This document shows, one piece after another, positions 56,062 through 64,000 of a stretch of 64,000 bases of DNA (positions within the stretch are counted from its first letter, which is position 1; each line of letters opens with the position of its first letter). A program made the translations under genes and the position numbers. The notes beneath the pieces were generated by a model, which made no database searches, was not told the DNA's origin, and saw only the letters and a list, made by a program, of their open reading frames with translations. Origin of the DNA: Callorhinchus milii (taxonomy: Eukaryota); the NCBI RefSeq assembly GCF_018977255.1, contig NW_024704742.1:122576001-122640000 (forward strand), read 5' to 3'.

Positions 56062-59000
56062 AATCATATGACCTTAGCCTGAGTTTCCATCCATTCATTT
56101 GTTGTGGCACAACATTTGGCTGAACAAGAAATTGTTTCAGTTAAAGCACTCCATTCAAACTGACCTCAACTAACCTCAGCTTATTGCATGCAGAGGTAAA
56201 CCCTAACCACTGAAATTCCAATCAATTTGATAGCACAAGTGAATTCTGGTACAGAATTCATTGGTTGAGCGTCATGTCTTTTATAGTGCAGATAAATCAA
56301 TCAATTCTGTATTTCTGTATCAATAAAATATACAGGTTTATGGCTCACTCACAAAGAAACAACCTTTGTAAAACACTTCTTTCATTTAAGTGCATAATTT
56401 GTATTTCCAAAAGATCAGTGTTACAAAGAAACTAATCATACAGTACTTCAACAATCTGGCCAGCACTGTACAATTAAATTAACCAGATTTATCGTGGTGA
56501 GGAATAATAGCTCAAAGTTGGCATTTTGCAAAAAACATTAAAGTTCTAAGAATATTGAACCTGAAATGTGGACACCCTAGAATTGTGTGGGTTTATTTGG
56601 CCCCAAGTCAAAGTGTTTTGGAATGTAAATTGAGCTTCCCAATCTATGACTTTTCTGAGTAAGCCTTCCAGTTAAGTGTCCTTTACTATAGAGTTACTGT
56701 AGAAGTGAGATCAATTAAACCCAACAACAACAATTCCATTCCATTTAGCATCCATTTAGGATTCCATTTAGGACCTACGTAACTGCCTAAGTAAGATTCA
56801 TCACTTCACTCTGGACTGGCTTTGAACTCATGTCCATGAGATGAAAGGAAAATGTGCTCACTCATTGCGTTGATCGAGTAGTCCAGAATTTCATTGACCT
56901 TTATTGATATACAGGAGGTGAGATATAATGGCTGCTACAGATCCTAACTACGGAGAGGGAGGATGGTCCACAACACTAGAATTTCCAACAGAATTAGTTG
57001 GAGAATTTTGGGGAATTGGAGAGTGATAGGTGTGGAGCCGGGTGCTGGGGAAGACATGTGCTGCATAGTTCTGGATGGCTTGCAGTTTAATAGTTCTACA
57101 ACACATCAACAAAATGTTCACTGCCTCATTCAGTGGCATCTGTTCCTGTTCCAAATACATTATTTTTCACAATTGATTTCACATCCTATGTTCCTCATGT
57201 TCAGTACCAAGTTTACAGTACTGGGGCTTCTTTCTACTGTGTTATTCATCAAGGAGACTGATTGAATTACAAGACCTGTTTCAATGAGCTGAGCCATTGC
57301 ATACTTTTAAAATAATGCTAGCATTCAGTAGTTCCTTTCTCCATAGGAAGGACGTCATAAAGTGTTTCAACGATACACTGTAAAGTGTACTGACTGTGTA
57401 TTTCGCAGATCCATTGTATGTTCTAATATTTTGAAAGGTGCCCTGGAAATAATAATTGCTGTTTTGCTGACATATTATATTATTTATTATATTATTCATT
57501 CAAATCCAAATCTAGTTCCAATTTAATAAATCAAATTAAAAGAATACATACACATCATCTAGTGCACTGTGCTAATTTCCTGATTAACATCCTTTAAATA
57601 GTTAACTGATCAGCTTCAGGATTTGAAGACAACAACAACTTGCATTCATATAGTGCCCTTCATGCAAGTTGAGTCTCCGAGCACATGGCATATGAATAAA
57701 GAAGTTGCACGAACAGAGGCCCTCTGAAACATCTGAGCATTGTTTTTAATATTTAAAGAATAGACACGGGGTCCTTGATAATGGGAAAATAATCAACTAA
57801 GAAATATAACTGAAAGGAGTTATTTCTTTTCCATAAATTATTAGTCCCCAATGTACATTCTATGTATACCACATCTCTCCATTCTTCTGCTACCCCATTC
57901 CTCCACCCGCCCCTTCCGCTCAGCTAATGTGCCCTCTCCATGCCACCAGCAGTGGCCGAACCTTCAGTGCTTAACCTCTGGATCTCTCTCCCTCCCTCTA
58001 CCACTCTATCTCACCCCCTCCCTTTCTGTCTTTAAGTCCCACCTCAACTCCTATCTCTTTGTACACGCCTACCCACTCCACTCACACACCCCACCCTGCT
58101 CGGCATTCAATTCTTGCCCTGTAAAGCGCACCAAAAGTTACACTATAAAAGAGTGCTATATAAATGCACATTGTTGTTGTTATACATAACACATGTATAT
58201 ATATAAATTAGAGGTTGGGAACATAGTATGTGATGTGATAATTATTATCAGTACACAGAGTTCTGATATTGGTAATATTTTTATATCGACAATGGAGCTG
58301 GTCACAATTTGTTCAGGATATCAGGCTTTTTACTGTAGTGCCCAGAACTATTGGTGACTCAGCTCCTCAGAATCTAGTTAATTGTGTTTGCCACAGTCTT
58401 CCGTTCTCCTATAGTCCTCTATTCCCTCTTATTTCCTCTTATCATCACTTTATTCAGTTTAATGATTTCATTGATTTATATTGTAATAAAATTGAACCCA
58501 AATTTGTGGCTGTTATTAATAACGAGACATTATAAGAATATTAGCATCAAGCCAAAGTGCATCTTTGAAAATAAGGAGGTTAACAGCATCCATTTTGTCA
58601 TCCATCTCTTATGTATAAAATTAGCTGATGTGGTCAATATGCCTATTTCCTGAGCCGCAAATGCTTTAATCAACATGTATAAAATGAAAAACAGCTCTTA
58701 ATGCTCCTGGAGGAATGGAGTGTATGCGGATGTTACCATACAGCTGTGTTTGTGGTGCAAATTAAGTGACTCCACTGTTCAACACCTGGAGTGGTTCCAT
58801 TTACACAGCAGCTGTTTGTATAGTACAGGACCTCAGTTTAACTTCTCATTTGAAGCATAGCACCTCCAACAATACATCACTCTCCCGCCACTGCACTGGA
58901 GTCTGCTCGGAGACTTGGAACTCATGAGTTTGGAGTCTGATTGTTGGGTTTGAACTTACAATCTTTCAGCTCAAAGACAAGAGTGCTATCAACTCAGCCA

Positions 59001-59778
59001 GGGTTCCCAATTTACATAGCTGTTCAACAACAGGTTCCAGCATATAGTTTCTGTTCACACATCTGTTTACATATGCATGTTGATTGCAAACAGAGAACAG
59101 AAGTAATAGCAATACAACAGATAGATTTTGCTGAATGTTGTTATTACTGTCTAATAAAATAAAAGTATCCCTTCCTCGTATAGTTCCTTTTTTAAATTGT
59201 GCTGTTCACTAGAGATTCCTTGAGTTCAGTGCATCTATCTGTGACTTACAGAGTTTCTCATGACCTGTGAACAAAGCAAGGAAATGTGTCCAGGGTCAAT
59301 AAAAAATTGTAACTTACTTGGGAAGGCAATAGTGCTTTGTGATTTCTGATTTGTAAGCACTCAGAATATGCTTAATCAGTGATCTTGCAAAGAGATTTTT
59401 AAAATAAGGCATAAATTATGTAATGCATCAATGAAACTGCTTATCACCACAATACATATCACCAAAATAATATAAATTTCATGACAGCTCCCACTGACAT
59501 TAACAAATGGTTTTGTTTGTTTCAGATACTCATCGAGATCAGTTCATGGGCAGTGAAATAAATTTACACTTTACATTGTTACATTAAACAATAGTAGGGA
59601 CAGAACTTTGGATAACTAAAAGGGGGCACTGATAGAAAAATAGGTGAGACATATCCAATCTAAAATCTTTACCTCGCGGTCATTGGTAAGCATGCTCTGA
59701 AAAGGTTGCTTTGGCTTTTCCCTGGATTTTTTTCAAATAGTTTTCAAAGAAATTTTACATTTAACAGCATATTAGTTG

Positions 59779-59878
59779 CCTACTACTACAAATAATTTCA
59801 TAGCAGAACTGAGGACATGAAGGATATCCTACTACTACAAATAATTGCATAGCAGAACTGAGGACATGAAGGATGTCC
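59779..59878. repeat. Tandem duplication, 2 x 49 bp
   Basis: cctactactacaaataatt(t/g)catagcagaactgaggacatgaaggat(a/g)t at 59779 and 59828; two mismatches. Confidence 0.9.
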
Positions 59879-61252
59879 ATCTTGCCCCATCAAAGTTCTA
59901 CCTCTTTGAATGTGCGAATGGCTGGCCACCTACCCTCTCTCCCTTGCTTGGCAACTAATGTAATCCTTGTGAAGTGCTCTGAGATGCAGGCTCTATGTGC
60001 AGAGTGCAAGGCAAGTGCAAGTTGTTGAAGATTATGCAATAAACATAATACAACTGGATTTTGTCCCTAACACTTCTGTTTTTAATCATTAGTTCTCAGC
60101 AAGATCTTTTTCTTTGCATGAAAGACATTCATAGCCGAGAGAGAGAGAGGTCTCGATCCTTTGTATTTTGTACGATTTAATGTGACCCAATGTTTTAAAC
60201 TGTGAATCTTCCAGTGCTATACAGCAGTTAACTGACATCCACATACTGTTTACTTTTAGTGTTATTCAACATTTAATAATGATCTTAAATCCCCAAAAAG
60301 TATCAACCGAGTTCAGCTGGTAGCACTCTTGCTATAAGGCACTATATTAAATACAATGATTATTATTATATTTTATCAGAAATAAGTTGGAGGAGATATC
60401 GTAAGCAGAAAACTTCGGTTTTGTGAAGTGCCCTTTCTGCAGCTGTTGCTATAAAGTTACGTAGCTTTTGTTTGCAGTACATAATAGGGCTGAGTAATAG
60501 AAAATCATAGTTCCACAAGTTGCATTATAACCAAAAACACAATTGGGCTGACTAGTTAGAAATCCTGCACAAAATATTATTGCAGCACATCAGACCTAAC
60601 ATTAAAAGGCTGCACAAATAAACTGGCACATTACTTCATGTGGAATGTAGATTATGATTAATAAATTCCTGCTTTAATGCTTTTTGATATGAGTGGTACA
60701 ATACATCACCTATAATTCTATAGCTGCCAGATTAAACTAATCATGCATCTACCGTAAACCTTTCATGCAAATAGTAAGACAAGCCCATTCGTGCCATGCT
60801 TGTGTGGTAATAGAAAGGAGGAGGGAATTGTTTGAAGTGGTATCCACTTTCTTTTCAACAGTTTAAACATGCTTCTTACATTCTTCAAAACAAAGAAATG
60901 TAAACCTATCTCTTTGATACCTATTTGACTGTAAACTAATTGATACTTTTTTTGGTGTGAACAAAGTTTTCCCCACTAACCCCCACTGAGCCAAATTATA
61001 CCTAACTGCATTCAACAAACAGAAACTTGGGTAGTTGTCGTCCTCGGCAACCCTTATCCACATCCAAATCTGGGTCCCTAACCATCAAAAGATGGTGTGG
61101 ACCTGATTCGTTTAATTATGACTTCCTGAGCAAGTCAGGTGCTGGATCTCCTCTCCGACCAGACAAGCCCGGTCTCAGCTGGTGATCAAAGTCTCAAAAT
61201 AGTTCCAAATGCCAGTTTCTCCACTCCTCTTTGTGAGGGCGGATCAAACTCT

Positions 61253-61456
61253 TCAGATCAGGACCTCTGACATCCCAATCTCAGCCAACAGAGGCCAAAG
61301 GCATAGCATTCCTGGGGGTAACTTTGCTCCCCTCCCGAATAAATCGTGGGGAGATTTGTGTGTTGTGGTATCTCTACATGATGCAGACCTCAAAGGGAAT
61401 ACTGATAGTTCAGTCAAGGTTCCAATGGTAATCTGTACCGGCATGCAATCCCCCAA
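61253..61456 (-). mobile_element. Degenerate DDE integrase C-terminal core remnant (Gypsy/ERV/Ginger-like)
   Basis: LSVFPLRSASCRDTTTHKSPHDLFGRGAKLP resembles the integrase motif L..V.FA.R....TT..SP..L.FGR...LP. Confidence 0.4.
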
Positions 61457-62742
61457 GTAAAGCGCAACCTTTATTCAGCTCTCATATTGGGAGCATTGTA
61501 AACAAATTCTCAGAGCAATCTTATCCACAGCCCTCTCTTGAGAACAGATTATATCTAGGCTGTATCTTTAATACTTCTACTCTGAAAGACATTTCAAACA
61601 ATAGATAGGGTTCAGTTCGAAGAAGCATATGCCTGATCCAAGCATTGAATTCCATTGGAACTTGGTTTTCATTCTGACAATATGAATATTTGAGCGAAGC
61701 ATACTAATTTGGAGCAAATCAGTAATGGATTTATCAGGATTCAGTTGCTCCTTGTTTTCTTTATGAGGGGAGGAAGGGCTGATCAATTGAGAGTTTGAAG
61801 AGATATTTCCATAGTCCCATCTATCAGTAAGAAATACGAGTATCATTGTTGGTTGTCTGCTGTTTCAAAATCTGACATAAGATCAGTTACATGATATTTC
61901 TGTGACCTGCATTAGTCTAAACTTGCCCCTTGGCACGTGCTGTATCTTCAGCAGTAAAAGCATAGAAACACAGAAGGTTCCATCTTGTCAGTCTACTAAA
62001 TCTTGTTAATGTAAAAGGCTAGTTTTCAACAGATAAATTATAGTATCTAGAACGCAGATTCACAAAAAGCTTCACAAAAAGTGATCATTTATGACATCTG
62101 GAAAATCTGATTGTCAAGGGGCTCCTTTGCAATTCTGTGCAATGTAAGCTTAGGCTAAATACCTATCAGACTCTTAGGACTTAAATCAAGAATTTCTACT
62201 AAAATATCCATTCTGTACTGCTACAAGCGAACAATTCTGTACAGATTGTTAATTAGCTGTGAGATGTGATCACGCTTTTAACTTAGCTCTTTTAGTATTT
62301 ATAAGGAATGAACAGGACTAGCATATGTTTTGTCTCAAATGGTTTTCATAAAGTGCGGTGTTGTACGGCAATGGGGTCCATTACCCAGGAACCTGGTCAG
62401 ATCAGTCTCAGAGCCTCTTGTCACTCAAGCTTGTTGCCATTGTAGAGAATAGGTTTCCACAGTTCTCTGGGAGGTGATATGAATTACTGAGTTATGGTGA
62501 TGCATTTCATAAGAATAGAAGAAGAACCTATCAAAGATTACGGGGAATAGGAGAGTGGGATATGTGGGAAGTGCTTTGAGATGTCCTCCTGAAATGAAAG
62601 GCACTATTTAAAGTGAATTGTTGTTGTTGTCTTGGTATTTTCTCCACAAAAGCCATCGCGTTTATTTCCAAGATTTGCTGATCACAGAGTATACGTTGGG
62701 TGACGGCTGGAGTTGAACCAGTTAAAACTGCATAGCATCTTA

Positions 62743-62782
62743 ATTCATTAATGTGTATCATATTCATTAATGTGTATCATAT
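62743..62782. repeat. Tandem duplication, 2 x 19 bp
   Basis: attcattaatgtgtatcat repeated twice. Confidence 0.85.
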
Positions 62783-63047
62783 ACAATACACCAAAGTGAG
62801 CCAATGATTTCAACAGCAACATCTTAATAAGTAAATTCATATAAAATAATATGAAACAATCATATTAGTCAATTGTTCAAGAAACATTTCTGTCAGAAGT
62901 GTACGTTTATTCAGTGACTCAGGGCTTAAAATAACACTTTTCAGTTTCTGTTAAGATGTACAGGAACACAATCATTCCAGAGCATTTGAGGGTAGCTACT
63001 TAGATTGATACTTGATTCCTTTCTGAACCCAGTCAGAGTTCATTGGC

Positions 63048-63410
63048 TGGCCTTGAAAAAGGGGAGAGAGGGGGCCAGGCGGAGGGATTGAGGGAGAATG
63101 TTCTAGAGTTTCAGGGCGTAGTGGCTGAAAGCACGACCTCAATAGTGGAGCGGAGGGCGCGAGGGATGGGTGATGAATTGGCAAGTGAGGAGGTCGGAGA
63201 GGTAGGGAGGTGCCAGAGAGTGAAGGGATTTGAACACAAGTGTGAGGATCTTGAAGTTGATCCATTCGGTGATGAGGAGCCAGTGGAGCCTGACCAGAAC
63301 TGGTGAGATGTGGGTACGGAATTGGGCGCAGAGTTCTGAATGAGCTGGATTTTTTGAATAGTGCAGCTGGGGAGACCAGCAAGGCGTGAGTTTGAGTAAT
63401 CCAGGCAGGG
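63048..63410 (-). mobile_element. L2 3' fragment
   Basis: Reverse complement contains atggatcaacttcaagatcctcacac (the (R)I.FKIL region) and attcaaaaaatccagctcattcagaactctgc (IQLIQNSA). Confidence 0.75.
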
Positions 63411-64000
63411 TTACTCAGACAATATAATCCATAGGGGACCCAATGCATGGGAGAACCAACATAATACTAGATTGACAGGACATAAATTCAGCTCATTTAG
63501 AGTTTCTGGTCTCAATGCTGAGTCAATAGGGCAATACGAAGTGGCTAAGCAGAAACCAGAAGCTTCCTCTTGGCAGTGCATTAGTGGGAGAAAGCAAACT
63601 ATATTATATTCCAAAGAGCTTCCCTTAGTTGACATCACAGCAGAACGCCTAGGGCACCGACACTATTGAATTGAACAAATCGAAGAACAGCTCCAGGGAA
63701 CAATCGTAAATTCTAATTATTTTTAGACAGCTTTGGGAAAAAGAATTAACCTCAAGAGTTAGTTTTCACCTTGGCTTAATGGTCAGAAAGGCTGAAAAAT
63801 ACAGCCTCTGTGAATCTAACAACAGGGCAGGCAAGATCTGTTTAACTGATGGTCAAATGCAAAGCTGCATTTCTTCTTCAGTCCTCAAAGAAATATATAT
63901 TTTAAACTGAGGTTGCAAATATGCATTTAGTTTACATTCCACCAATATAACATTGCTATTTCCCACAATGTCTATGCTGTCTCTGAGCCCGAAACTTGGA

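Noticed and set aside
59779..59878. CRISPR-like array
   Set aside because: Only two adjacent copies without spacers, in vertebrate DNA; no repeat-spacer array anywhere in the window

Overview
Repeat-rich vertebrate genomic DNA with GT-AG spliceosomal introns. It is most likely a cartilaginous fish, possibly a holocephalan; this is inferred from the Deu-domain SINE, L2 and CR1 repeat content. Two divergently transcribed genes can be supported. (1) On the + strand, a complete, compact 15-exon polo-like kinase 2 gene (PLK2, CDS 30122-35084, 2001 nt, 666 aa) with a CpG-island/TATA/CRE promoter and an AU-rich 3'UTR. (2) On the - strand, a single-coding-exon transmembrane adaptor (13622-14137, 171 aa) with four YxN motifs and a C-terminus matching GAPT, in the head-to-head arrangement with PLK2 that I recall from human. 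A candidate GAPT first exon and a dense RUNX/ETS/MYB/GATA/TCF promoter lie at 16.3-16.5 kb, and a strong CTCF motif lies between the two promoters. The rest is mostly retroposons (tRNA-derived SINEs with L2-type tails, older Deu-domain SINEs, L2 and CR1 fragments). There is also an unnamed TIR-bearing MITE-like family (about 7 copies), an LTR-like element, a decayed retrovirus-like remnant with a retroviral-type RNase H, an integrase-like remnant, and three fold-back inversions at retroposon ends. I found no prokaryotic-type system, CRISPR array, rRNA or true tRNA gene. Repeat boundaries are approximate, read by eye.
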